From NCBI RefSeq assembly GCF_004010195.1, contig NC_057719.1, positions 83,534,147-83,598,146 of the forward strand: 64,000 bases of DNA. The letters run 5' to 3'. This document shows positions 51,505-64,000 of the stretch, piece by piece. The stretch comes from Chiloscyllium plagiosum (lineage: Eukaryota). The notes beneath the pieces were generated by a model. It was not told the DNA's origin. It searched no databases and was given only the letters and a program-made list of their open reading frames with translations. The stretch's first letter is position 1. The number at the start of each line of letters is the position of its first letter. The position numbers and the translations under genes are program-made.

Positions 51505-54055
51505 GCAACTCTGTAATTTCTTACAGTCTTGGGCAGAGCAATGGTGCATCTCTAAAACTCGGTAAAAGTCATTATGGACATGCTGAATTTCCTTAGCCTC
51601 CTGAGGAAGTGCAGAGGCGTTGGTGTGCTTTCTCGAATGGAGTGTTGAAGTGCATGGATCCGAGTGTGGGAGGATGAGTGAGAGAAGGGCAGAAAGGATA
51701 AAGTTTGCACTGGTGTGATGCCTGTCACAACCACGGAACATTTTAAAACACTTCGCAGCCAACTTTGAAGGTGCAGCCCTTGCTCTACCAAAGGCAACAC
51801 TGCAGCCAATTTGTTTCCTACTTTTGCTGGGTTCATTCAACTGACTCCCTGCGATGAATTAGCCACCTTGTGAGGAAAAGTTGGACCTGCATCAGTCATG
51901 TCAGGATTCCTTTCAAGTACACACTCCTGATGTTATCGCTGTATCACAGCAAGTGACCAGAGGGCATCAAAATCTCATACTCCATCTTATCCCAGGATAA
52001 CTTGAAGCATGACACTCTGCTGGAGACATACCTTTCTGCTCTAAACCAGCAACTCAACATTAGCGCAGATTCTTACGTGCCAGAGAACTGAAATGTTTGT
52101 GAGTTATAATTAATTGAATCAATGTCCATTGAACTATTAAACACCATAATGTCCACGGTTAGCTTCTTGTCTAATATGAGACAACATAGCACTGCTGTGT
52201 TAGGTTGAGACTAACCCTTTTGAGTTCAGAAGGTGACCTTTTGGAAAAGGTATGAGCTCCTGAGGAGACTTGACACAATGAATGCTTGGAGGAGTTTCTC
52301 CCCTGCTGGGAAAGACCTGAATGAGGGATCTTCCACAGAAAGGAGAAGGATGTTTTGTGTCTCAGCGGGGCATAAGTCTTTGGAATTCTCCTTCCTAGAC
52401 AGCGAGAGGGACATTGAATACATTTAAGTTTGAGCTCGATCAGTTCTTGACTAACAAAGGAAGCGCTGGCTATCAGCAGGAAGTGAGGTCACAAGCAGAT
52501 CAGTCATGACCTGAATGGTGGGGTAGGTTTGATGGACTGAGTGGCCTACTCCTGTTCCTACTTTGTGTAATCATATGTTAAACGGCCCGAGTGTAAAGCA
52601 ATATAGAATTCCATTCATACATCTTTAGCTTTCTTCCTTAAACATTGTAGATGTAAAATCATCTCTTTCACGCAATCCCTCCCTTTCACATTACCGCCTC
52701 ATTTTTAATCAATGTTTACTGTATTAAATGTGAGAGCGGGTTGGGAGCTTCAAATGAGATGATAGTAATCTGGTGAGGCCTCAGATCCTGTGATTTGGCC
52801 GTGTCAGTGCTCACAATGATATGTAAGAAAGCCCTCGGTTGCCTGGAGCTAGGGCAGAGGCGGAGTTAAGGTGGAGTTGTTCACAATTTTGGAGAGCCCT
52901 TGTTTCTCCATCGAGTTTGGAGTTTGAGTTTGGTTTTGCTTCTCTTTTGCCAGTTACTCTTAACAACTGCATTCCTGTCACTTGACCCTCCTTCTTTCAG
53001 ATGGGGTCAAAAGGGATTTCCAACGGGGATTCCCCTCTGCTATTGACTGCGGCTTTGTGGGTAGCACTCTTAACTCAGAAGTGGAAGGTCATAGATTCAA
53101 GTTGCACTGCGGAGACCTTAGCACAAAATCCAGACTGATGCTTCAGTTCAAACCTGACAGATTATGAAGGAGCCATCCTTTGGAGGAGGTGTTAAGTTGA
53201 GATTTCATTTTACCTTGTAGGTGGATGTAAAAATCATAGAATCCCTACAGCATGAAAGCAGGCCGTTTGACCTATTGGGTCCATACCGACCCTCCAGAGA
53301 GCATCCCACCCAGATCCACCCCCCATCCTATCCCTGTAATCCTGCATTTCCCATGGCTAATCCTGTAAGGAATTAATCTAATCTAAATCACCAAAACTAA
53401 CTAACTATCTGATCATTTCTACAAATTGGTTGTTTCCTACTCACTGCAGATCAAACATTATTTCTTTGGCTGTAAACATTTTTTGCAACATCCTGAAGTA
53501 CAAATGGTGCGATAGAAATGCAAGTCCTTTGTAGTTTTGCCACTTTATCTTCTCGAAGAGGTGGAGGAGTAACCTGGTGACCCCTCTCCTTGGATCTTAC
53601 AACAAGTGACTGCAGAGAGATAGGGTAGGGGCATTGGGTATAATTCTCCAAAATGCCTTAGTTTCTGGAAGGGGCCCAGCAGATTGGAAAATGTCAAACA
53701 TAACATCTTTACTCAAGAAAGGAGGCCGACAGAAAGCAGGAATCAATAGGACAGTTGGCCCAATATCAGTCCTAGGCGAATTACTAGAATCCATTCTTAA
53801 GGAAGTTAATAGCAGGTTACTCTGATGGGATCAGGCACAGCCAACGTTGGTTGGCAAAAAGGAAATGGTGTTAAATAAATTTATTACAGGTCTTAACGAA
53901 CAAGGTGAATAAGGGGCAACTTGTGGATGTGACAACTTTGAACACCTAAAGGTATTTTGGGTAATGGGCCACAACACAAAGTAAGAGTTCACATATTGGC
54001 CTGAATAAAGAACTGGTTGACTACCCAGCAGCAGTAGGGATTATTTTTGGGTTCA

Positions 54056-54515
54056 GGATGCTGCCTGACCTGCTGTGCTTTTCCGGGAATACTCTAATCT
54101 TGACTCTAATCTCCAGGTGTCTGGTGATGAGGGAGCGGCGGTGAAGGAGGCCCAGGACCTCCATGTCCTCGGCAGAGTGGGAGGGGGAGTTGAAATGTTG
54201 GGCCATAGGGCGGTGTGGTTGATTGGTGCGGGTGTCCCGGAGATGTTCCCTAAAGCGCTCTGCTAGAACGCGTCCAGTCTCCCCAATGTAGAGGAGACTG
54301 CATCGAGAGCAACGGATACAATAAATGATATTGGTGGATGTGCAGGTAAATCTCTGATGGATGTGGAAGGCTCCTTTAGGGCCTTGGATGGAGGTGAGGG
54401 AGGAGGTTTTACAATTCCTGCGGTGGCAGGGAAAGGTGCCAGGATGGGAGGGTGGGTTGTAGGGGGGCGTGGACCTGACCAGGTAGTCACAGAGGGAACG
54501 GTCTTTGTGGAAGGC
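54056..54515 (-). mobile_element. Penelope-like GIY-YIG endonuclease fragment joined to an oppositely oriented terminal-repeat piece
   Basis: Minus strand reads FTCTSTNIIYCIRCSRCSLLYIGETGRVLAERFREHLRD...AQHFNSPSH. Confidence 0.88.
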
Positions 54516-54607
54516 GGAAAGCCTGGCAAAGCAAAGCCTGAGGGGTAACTAAATACAGCCTTGTAAAATTCTGAAGGAGTTTGCAAGGATAAATGCAGAG
54601 AAGATAT

Positions 54608-54897
54608 GGGTGGCACGGTGGCACAGTGGTTAGCACTGCTGCCTCACAGCACCAGAGACCCGGGTTCAATTCCCGCCTCAGGCGACTGACTGTGTGGAGT
54701 TTGCACGTTCTCCCCGTGTCTGCGTGGGTTTCCTCCCACAGTCCAAAGATGTGCAGGGTCAGGTGAATTGGCCATGCTAAATTGCCCGTAGTGTTAGGTA
54801 AGGGGTAAATGTAGGGGTATGGGTGGGTTTCGCTTCGGCGGGTCGGTGTGGACTTGTTGGGCCGAAGGGCCTGTTTCCACACTGTAATCTAATCTAA
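54608..54897 (+). mobile_element. HE1 SINE
   Basis: A/B boxes, core, GTAATCTAATCTAA tail. Confidence 0.95.
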
Positions 54898-56424
54898 AAA
54901 AAAAATATCTTCACATGTGGGAGGTCAAATACTATGGGCCACCACTGTCCTGCTTTACCTCAGAGTGGGTTGTGAGTGCAGAAGCTGCTATGTCATGGTG
55001 CAGTTAAAAGGTGAGGCTGTATTTAAAGGAGAACTAGATAAACAGACAAAGAAGCAAGAAATGAAAGTGGTGGGGTTACAGTAAACTAGGAAGACACCCA
55101 TGAGCTCTGTTGGACTGAAGTGGTCTGTTTAAATGAGGGATGTGGGCCAAATGCTTGTTTCATTCCATGTAATTCAATGTGGATAAATGTGAGAACATCT
55201 ACTTTAGAGCCAGAAAGATACTTTGTTTTAAATGGTAAGGAAATAGGAACTGTAGAGCTGTAAAGAGATTTAGAAATCCAAACACAGAAGTCATTAAAAA
55301 CTGGCAAATAGAAACAAATAAAAATCAAACAGGCTTATGGAATGTGGGCTCCTCACTCACAGGGCCGAGAGTACAAAAAGCGAGAAGCTGTGCTTCAGAG
55401 GAACAGAGGTTTGCACAGACCCCCTTCTGCATTAATGTGTTCAGTTTCTGTGCAATCCACAGGGAGGAGGAGAGACTGGGAAGGGGTGCAGTGTGGATCA
55501 TCAGAATTGGACATCAAGAGTTTGATTAGGAGGGGAGGTCACACCACTCCTGGCATGTGCTCTATATAGAGGAGATGCAGGGGGCAATCTGGTTGATTTA
55601 ATATGGTGCACAATCACAATCACAAACATCCCAATACTCTTACAGCCAATGGTGTGACATTGGAGGTGCAGGAGTTGTTGTAATCGAGGAAACATGGCAG
55701 CCAATTTGTGCACAGCAAGCTCCCAATAATGATTGGATTGTTGATTTTTGAGATGTTGGCCGAAGGATAAATACTGGGTTGGGACACCTTTTCTTTGAGT
55801 GGATAGAGCACACTAATTTGTCAAAGGAATAGGCCATTCAGCCCCTCAGCCTGATCTGCCACTAAGATCGTGGTTGATCTGATTACTCCACAGCCACATT
55901 TCTGAAAACCCTCAGACAACCTCTCACCCTCTGAAACATTAAGAATCTAACACATCCTTAAAAATATTCACAGTTCCTACTTCCACCTCCTTTAGCGTTC
56001 CAAAGATTCATGACTATTTGTGAGAAAAAAGAAATCTCCTCACCTTCTAAGCCCATATCAGTTTATCACTGGCCCCTGGTTCCAGATCCTGTCATAATAG
56101 GAACCATCCATTCCACCAACACCCTATCAAGGCCCCTCAGGACTGAATGTGTTTTAACCAAGTCACCATTTACTCTTCCAGACTCCAACAGATACAAGCC
56201 TAGTTGGTCCAATCTGACGGGACCTCTGTTTCACATCTCACCTGCCAATGCAGCGCGCATACAGTATCACACCAGAGTGTTGGTCTTGATTGTTGGGATT
56301 AGACCCTGGATTAGAAGTGAATTCCAGAACCTTCTGACTCCAGAGCTATGGTGTTGTCCACTCAGGCGTCCAGAGCCAACAAAACTATTCTATGATCTGG
56401 CAATCCGGAACAAGGAAACATAAC

Positions 56425-56723
56425 GGCACGGTGGCACAGTGGTTAGCACTGCTGCCTCACAGCGCCAGAGACCCAGGTTCAGTTCCCGCTTCAGGCGACT
56501 GACTGTGTGGAGTTTGCACATTCTCCCCGTGTCTGTGTGGGTTTCCTCCGGGTGCTCCGGTTTCCTCCCACAGTCCAAAAATGTGCAGGTCAGGAGAATT
56601 GGCCATGCTAAATTGCCCATAGTGTTAGGTAAGGGGCAAATGTATGGGTGGGTTGGGCTTCGGCGGGTCGGTGTGGACTTGTTGGGCCGAAGGGCCTGTT
56701 TCCACACTGTAAAGTAATCTAAT
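56425..56723 (+). mobile_element. HE1 SINE with 6-bp TSD
   Basis: CATAAC at 56419-56424 and 56724-56729. Confidence 0.95.
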
Positions 56724-56884
56724 CATAACCTTAGATACAGCGCTGGGCCATTTATCAGCAAGGTCTGGAAACACATAGGTGCTATACCTCTGCAACTCTT
56801 CCATCAAAAAGGGCTGTTTCTCACATGGGAACAACTGAAGCTTTCAAGGCGGAGTGACAGATTTTGTCTGCAAAAGCTGAGCAG

Positions 56885-57443
56885 GGCTTATACACTTAAT
56901 GGTAAGGTCCTAGGGAGTGTTGCTGAACTAAGACACCTTGGAGTGCAGGTTCATAGCTCCTTGAACGTGGAGTCGCAGGTAGATAGGATAGTGAAGATGG
57001 CGTTTGGTATGCTTTCCTTTATTGGTCAGAGTACGGAGTACAGGAGTCGGGAGGTCATGTTGCGGCTGTACAGGACATTGGTTAGGCCACTGTTGGAATA
57101 TTGCATGCAATTCTGGTCTCCTTCATATCGGAAGAACGTTGTGAAACTTGAAAGGGTGCAGAAAAGATTCACAAGGATGTTTCGAGGGTTGGAGGATTTG
57201 AGCTACAGGGAGGGGCTGAACAGGCTGGGGCTGTTTTCCCTGGAGCGTCGCCAGAGGAAGTGGTGGAGGCTGGTACAATTGTAACATTTAAGAGGCATTT
57301 GGATGCGTATATGAATAGGAAGGGTTTGGAAGGTTATGGGCTGGGTGCTGGCAGGTGGGACTAGATTGGGTTGGGATATCTGGTCGGCATGGACAGGTTG
57401 GACTGAAGGGTCTGTTTCCATGTTGTACATCTCCATGACTCTA
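56885..57443 (+). mobile_element. CR1/HER1-like LINE 3' fragment with internal deletion
   Basis: ORF 56943..57284 LYRTLVRPLLEYCMQFWSP. Confidence 0.92.
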
Positions 57444-58022
57444 AGATGTTGGGATATAGAGCAGGGGCAAGAAAATGAAGGTGCAGTACAGATAAGGCAA
57501 AATTTAATTAAATGGCCTGAAGATGTGAATGGTCTCCTCCTGTCCCAATGTTAACAGCAAGTTAGTCAGCATTAATAAAGGATGGAAAGAACCCAGCAGA
57601 GCCAATAGGAGAGGAAACAATCTAACATTCATATTTCCCTGTTTCTTGGGTTAACTGGCCTGCCCTGTATTCTCAACATTCCCCAGCCTGAAAGGGTAAA
57701 TGTTGTTTTGAAAAATACTTCCGACGTTATTACCACACTCTCATCTATTACCCCAGTCACTCTACCATGTTGTTTCCCATTTCTCCCCTAAGACCTTGCC
57801 CCAGCCTTGTGACCCTCTATGTCCTCCCCACCTTTCCCAGAGAGACCCTTGCTCCCGTGACCAATCTGGTAAGTTAATCGTTTGGAGCAACCAGATACCA
57901 CAATGATGAGGGATAGTCTGGTGGTTACTGGCAGAAATGTAGCACTTGGATAAAAGGAGAACTTTTCAGGATGTAACTCAGAAGGGCAGACAAAGGGGTT
58001 CCAGTAAATCTAATATACTTGG

Positions 58023-59055
58023 TGAAATAACTGCAGAGAGGCTGGGTCCCAGCACCAAGACACCCTTTACTTGCTCGGGCATAGTATACTGGCTGTGTGG
58101 CCAGCCAGCTCAGAGTCAGTCCTGAACTAAGGAGATTCTAATTTGCTGGTAACCAGGGCTTCCCTGAATGGCCCAGGTTAACAACCCCAGTCAAGAACCT
58201 TGTAGTCAACAAGGTCGACCTGGCCCCAGTCACTACACCCTCCCCCTCAGGTCCAGTGATGGAGGCCTGATCTTTCTCGGCTGACATTTTTGTCCCAGGT
58301 TTGATTCCTCTGACTCAGACACGGGTGGCCTGTACCTGACACTTGCATGCAGAGCATCCTGGGAGAGTTTCCTCTTCTTCTCCCTGCAATAATGGTATTG
58401 AGGCTGTATCCATCTCGGAATCATAGGTTTCCTTGACTCTAGACGGAGGTTGTGCACCCACGGTTTCTGCCAGGCCTTCTGGCTGTTCAGAGAGCCCAGG
58501 TATGTTTTGTTTCTGCTTCTTTGTGAGCTAACAGCTTTCAGGTGATCCACATGTTTGTCCAGGACTTATCACCTAACGAACATTGTAGGTGACGGGACCT
58601 GACCTTGTGTACCTTTGCCCCATTCCCATACAGGACCATTTCCATGGTTCCAGCACCAAACTTCATCCTCCGACTTAAATTGTTCCTGTCGCTCCCTCAC
58701 CTCCCCCAAACCCTCCCACACCCAAAAAAAATTCTGGGAATATCAGCTTTAACCGGAGTCTTCTCCCATCAGCAACTCTGGCAGAGGTATTCCTGTTGTT
58801 GCGTGTGGAATGGTCCAATATTCAAACAGGAAACAGGAAGGTTGGGCATCAATTGACGCTTCTTTCAGCCTCACTTCAACATTTGGAGCACTCTCTCCAC
58901 TGGACCATTGGATGATCGATGATAAAGAGCTATCCTTATGCTATTTGACTTTTGGAAATATTCGAATTCCCCGCTGGTAAGTGATGACATCCCATTATCC
59001 GTGACCAACACTTCCAGGTGTTCATGTATTGCGAATGATGTTCAGGATGTCCTGT
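58023..59055 (-). mobile_element. Gypsy LTR retrotransposon remnant: LTR 58023-58237, PPT 58238-58247, decayed integrase
   Basis: TG...CA LTR; AGGGGGAGGG PPT; minus-strand EVLVTDNG..LTSGEF..YHRSSNGPVER and PHATTG..ELLMG, KHVDHLK. Confidence 0.88.
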
Positions 59056-59060
59056 TTTCT

Positions 59061-60883
59061 CCCTGCAGAGGCCGGGTCCCATCACCCATTATTTACTAGA
59101 GCACAGTACACTGGCTGTAGTCAGTCAACTCAGAGTCAGTCCTCAACTGAGGAGATTCTAATCTCCTGATTGCATATTTTGTAAATTTTATCAAAAAAAA
59201 GGTACAAAATACAAACAGGTCACCATGAGCAATAAGCAGCAATTTACAAGAAACAGCAACTTACAGGGGAACGAGGCAACCAGAGAAACCCCAAACTCCA
59301 CCATGCAACCAATCACCATGGAAATGAGGACGAACCTCAAATCCCACCTTGTCAAAAAAGGAAACGGTAACACAAACTCATACAAGATAGTTCAAACAAA
59401 CGAACAATAACCCAGTGCATAGAACACAGACACCACAGCAACCCAGCCAACCACCCAGCTCACCCACCCCTACGCCCCTTCTCACTCTCCATTCCACCCC
59501 GACACACCTTCCGGCTCTCGGTCCAGGATAGCCAGTCCTGCTCCCTCAGGACAACAGCACTCAGGGTGGCCTTCCCACCCTCCAGCTCTCAGAGTGACAG
59601 CTTTTGGGATGACCTATGAGCCTCCCAGTCCACAGTAAGGCCTGCCAGGCCCAGGGACACAAGGTGATAAAACCAACAAGCAAAAAAAAACAAACAGTCT
59701 GTTACCAAAAACAGAGCCCACTCCGGTACGCAGAGTCCATTACCAGAATGAAAGTCCACTCCTGAAGGCAGCAAATGCTCACCTCACAGCGCGCACACAG
59801 AGGTGTTCAGTCTTTACAGGGGCCTGGTCCACCCACAGAGGCCTGGGCCTATTCACAGAGGAACAGTTCACCTGGAAAGGTGCAGACGACCCACAGGGGC
59901 TCAGTCCAAAACACCAAAAGGTGAAAAAACTTGCAAAAAAAAAGTGCAGACGCCAAAAACCAGAGTACAAGGGCTGAACCCTGCTATAAAATCAGCACAG
60001 GCCTTTCCTCAAAATAAAACAAGTGGAGAGCAACACACAAGCTGCAACTAGCCAGTGAAACTACAGTTTCCTGGTGAGAACTACAATACACCAGTATAAC
60101 ACTGGCTGTGTAGATCAGCCAGTTCAGGAGTCAGGTCCCCAAAAACAAAACCAACTACAGTACACTGACTGTGTGACCAGCCAGCTTGAAGTCGATCTTC
60201 ACCTGAGGAGCTTCTAATCTCTTGGTAACCGAGGCTTCCCTGATTGGCTGATGTTAACAACCCCAATCAAGAACCTCATAGTCAACGAGGTCCACCTGGC
60301 CCCAGTGACTACACCCTCCCCCAAGTTCCGGGGACGTAGGCCTGGTCTTTCTCTTGGGATGTTTTTGCCCCAGGTCCAGTTCCTCTGACTCAGATACGGG
60401 CAGCCTGTACCTGACACTTGTCTCGGATTGTCTCGGGAAAGTTTCCTCCTCTTCTCCCAGTAGTAACGGTATTGAGGCTGCATCCATCTCAGACTCTGAG
60501 GTTTCATCGACGTTAGATGGAGGGGGAGCACCTGCAGTTTCTGCCTGCCAGGCCTTCTGGCTGTTCTGAGGCCCAGGTAGGTTTGCTCCTGCCCTGTTTT
60601 CAAGCTAACAGCTTTCAGGTGATTCACATGTTTAGTCAGACTGTATCACCTGACCTTGCACAACCTCACCTCGTAACGGTACAGGGCCATTTCCATGGTT
60701 CCAGCACCCAACTTCATCCCCCGAATTAAATTGTCTCTCTTGCTTGGAAGATGCATGTGGCCAGTTTAGGCATTCCTGCCCCCCCCCCAGGTCTGGAAAT
60801 ATCCGGTTTAACCTGGTGCAGTGTTTTCTCTCCACCAGCATAGGGTGGTCCTATAATCGAACAGGAATCGGGACAGTTTGAGC
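59061..60883 (-). mobile_element. Second Gypsy LTR (split by a ~0.9-kb unclassified insert, ~59170-60090; ends 60313), PPT and integrase C-terminal remnant
   Basis: GACTACA-CCCTCCCC junction and downstream sequence parallel 58231-58800. Confidence 0.8.
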
Positions 60884-61188
60884 CATAGAGTTGTAGAGTC
60901 CTACAGCACGGAGACAGGTACTTTGGCCCAAACTAGTCTATGCTGACCAAAATGGAGTTATCCATGCTACCCACATTTCCTTGCACTTGGCCCATATCCT
61001 TCTAATCCTTTCCTATCTATATATTTATCCAAATGCCTTTTAAATGTTGTTAATGTACCCAGGTTCCCTCTTATTCTTTCCCCTCTAACCTTTAACTGAT
61101 GCCCTCTGGTCCTCCATTCCCCAACCCTGGGAAAAAGACTGAGTGCATTCACCCTGTCCATGCCTCTCATGATCTTATACACATCTGT
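60884..61188 (-). mobile_element. CR1-type LINE 3' fragment
   Basis: VYKIMRGMDRV...RTRGHQLKVRG. Confidence 0.82.
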
Positions 61189-61269
61189 AATATATATGCT
61201 TATATTTTCCCCGGTACCCATGTTGTGTGTATGCAGGTGTAGGACACAGTGAGGAACAACAAGTGTGTA

Positions 61270-61592
61270 AATCTTTTATTTATATTCCACCACCACCAGG
61301 AAGAAAGAAAACACCGGAGTGGCCAGTGATAAGCAGTGCCCTCCGCATCAAAGGGCAATGCTGCATGATCAACCAGTGAAGGGGAAGGCAGGGATTAAAT
61401 CAAAATAGAGTTGGGAGGGGGAAATAATACACTCCACTCCCTGCGGCGCCCACCTCTCCCTGAACAGCTCAAGGTACTGGTAGACACCGCGTGCTCCTTC
61501 TCCAGGGACACCCAGGCTCTGACATAACCACGGAGGAGGGGCAGGCAGTTGGCCCTAACGACCCACTCCACAGCCCGCTGCCTGGGCCTGTT
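61270..61592 (-). mobile_element. L1/Tx1-like ORF2 3' end
   Basis: Minus strand CLPLLRGYVRAWVSLEKEHAVSTSTLELFRERWAPQG, then a 3' UTR with AATAAA. Confidence 0.65.
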
Positions 61593-61727
61593 TCTGGTCA
61601 GCCCAGCCTGGCCCAGGTCTCCTGGTCATATTGTTCAGCCAAGGCTCTCCTGATTGGGTTTTTTTTTTAACCTGGGCCAATCAAGAACCTTGTAGTCAAT
61701 AAGGTCAACCCAGTCCCAATCTCTACA

Positions 61728-62920
61728 TTTAGACTTGCAGAAAACATTTGATAAAATGTCACACAAACAGGTGAATACGCAAGATACTGGTGAAGTTGGG
61801 TTAACATATTAGCATGGATAGGCAGCTGGGTACTGGTCAGAAAACAGAGAGTAGGGATAAAGTAGACATTTTCAAATTGTAACTCTTGGATTTCTGGAAG
61901 GATCTGTGCTTTTTATAACCTATATTCACAACATGGACATAGAAGCAGGGTAGTGTATATAAATTTGTTGACAATACAGGATAGGTGGACTGTAACCTGT
62001 GAGAAGGTCACATAGACTATAAGTGTAGACAGATTATCTGAGCAGTTGACTAGGTGGCAGATGGAGTATAATGTGATGAAATGTGACGTTATTCGATTAT
62101 GGTCACAAGGAGAGAAAAGCAGAATATTTTCTCAAAGGCCCTGAAACTTGTAAATGTTTATGTTCAAGGGAGTTTAGATATAGAAAACAATTACAAAGGC
62201 AAATATGGCATGCTGGTCTTCATTGTAGAGCAAGAATAATGAGGTCTTGCTACAACTGTATAGGGGTTCGATCACACCTGGAATACTGTGTGCAGTATTG
62301 GTCTCCAATTTTTAGGAAAATGATGCCTGTAACAAAGATGGTGCAAGAAATGTTCAGATTGGTCCCTGGAATGGGAAGGTGATGGGACACTGAGTAAAAT
62401 TAACCCTTACCCTGGAGTTTAGGAAAATGAGAGATCCAATTGAAACATCAGGATTGTGAAGGGACCTGACAAGTTAGATTCTGAGAGGTTATCTTGCCTA
62501 GTTGGGGGGACATAGGACACAGCGACCCAGTCTCAGAGTACATTTGGGACAGAGTTGAAGAGAAATTCTTTCACTTCACATTCAGAAGTATGTGCCCTAC
62601 TGAACAGTGGATGCTTAATGCTTGAATACATAATATATGGCTGAAGAATGCAGAATGTTGGCCTCTTATGGAATTGAAAGATTCCCAAGTTCCCACTTTC
62701 TCTTTCATATCCCTACTTATAACGTCAACGTCATTGCTGAGCTAACATGAAATGCCTGCTGTCAAACCTAAAATGGCTGACTGACTGATTCCTTCGGACT
62801 CTTTTGGGTGGGAAAATGGAGTTGAAGCAGGGGATTGGCCATGATTGCTCTGAATGGCTGGGCAGGCACAATGGGCCAGATAAGCCCACTCCTGTTCCTA
62901 TTTCCTATGATTTTCTTTTA
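61728..62920 (+). mobile_element. Old CR1-type LINE RT fragment (5' part at ~57900-58022)
   Basis: LDLQKTFDK motif; VRSHLEYCVQYWSP. Confidence 0.8.
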
Positions 62921-63644
62921 GGTCATGTGACTACCTCGCTGGTAATGCGTCCAATCGGAGGCAATGCCAACAGCAGCTCAGAAAGCAGAAGGCAGCTTTG
63001 GAAGACTCCCAGCTATGTGTTGTTGGACACAGTGTTGAGTGCACTTTCCAAAGCAGTTTGGAACACATGTCATTCATTTAAGAGGAATTGGAAACAGCAG
63101 AGTTATTCACTCAGCTTTTCTAACTCCATTAATCACTCGCAGACATGTTTCTTTAAATACCAAGAGTAAATTAACCCCCCACCTTCAGCAACTGCTGTCC
63201 AAGCCCAGAACTGAACATTGAACTGCACATTCATTCACTGCCGGTACATCACTAGCCATTGTTCAATTATCTCATTGCTTAGACTATGACACATCTATGC
63301 CCTCAAACAGACTTTAGTGGTTGCTTCACTCCACATGTGGTAATGAGTATCATTATCAATACGACAGGATCATGTTGTCTAGCTCCTCCTTAACTCCAAC
63401 CAGAATGCTATGAATGAGTTTGTCCAGATGTCCCACGACACTGAAGTGGTCAAATCACACAATCTGGTACCAATGCAAAACAGTCCAAATTTTATTGGGA
63501 ATCAAGTTATGATGGTTTTTACTACAAAACAATGCTCTCTCTAATTCGATGTGGCCTTTTTGAGCTGACAATACTTTCCGAGTCTCTTGTAGATTTACGC
63601 AGTTGATCTCTCTCTGGGACTGCAAAGCTGCTCTCCATTCTTCT

Positions 63645-64000
63645 ATCTCTCTCCCTCTCTCTCTCTCTCTCTCNNNNNNNNNNNNNNNNNNNNNNNNNTC
63701 TCTCGCGATCTCTCTCGCGCTCTCTCGCGCTCTCTCTCGCGCTCTCTCTCGCCATCTCTCTCGCCATCTCTCTCGCCATCTCTCTCGCCATCTCTCTCGC
63801 CATCTCTCTCGCCATCTCTCTCGCCATCTCTCTCGCCATCTCTCTCGCCATCTCTCTCGCCATCTCTCTCGCCATCTCTCTCGCCATCTCTCTCGCCATC
63901 TCTCTCGCCATCTCTCTCGCCATCTCTCTCGCCATCTCTCTCGCCATCTCTCTCGCCATCTCTCTCGCCATCTCTCTCGCCATCTCTCTCGCCATCTCTC
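63645..64000. repeat. (CT)n microsatellite, 25-N gap (63674-63698), then a 12-bp tandem array (CTCTCTCGCCAT)n
   Basis: Direct inspection; explains the (MARE)n ORF. Confidence 0.97.

Larger units (their letters stand above)
50396..51630 (-). mobile_element. Rex1/Babar-like LINE remnant split by a CR1 insertion
   Basis: LHFLRRLRKF...CSAQDCKKLQ (~51510-51630) and SIDSIYTSHCLRKAANIIKDSSH (~50396-50500). Confidence 0.65.

Noticed and set aside
63522..63995. (MARE)n ORF
   Set aside because: Translation of a 12-bp tandem repeat spanning a gap.

Overview
Eukaryotic, repeat-dense and apparently non-coding genomic DNA. It is very probably from a cartilaginous fish (shark), judged from many tRNA-derived HE1-type V-SINEs and their partner HER1/CR1-type LINE 3' fragments. 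I recognise no intact protein-coding gene. Almost all ORFs in the track are explained by decayed CR1 reverse-transcriptase fragments, Penelope GIY-YIG fragments, Gypsy integrase fragments, L1-Tx1 and Rex1 fragments, SINEs, tandem repeats or N-gaps. The most notable structures are: (1) Penelope-derived short and fold-back elements carrying minimal hammerhead-ribozyme cores, three with intact CUGANGA/GAAA boxes; (2) an 86-bp locally templated insertion framed by a 45-bp direct duplication; (3) a 696-bp tandem duplication; (4) a 3.7-kb multi-LTR Gypsy composite inserted into a CR1 RT motif; (5) a perfect 24-bp-stem hairpin; (6) tandem repeats that stay open in most reading frames. All family assignments are by eye, with no database search. 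TE boundaries are approximate unless a target-site duplication (TSD) is quoted.
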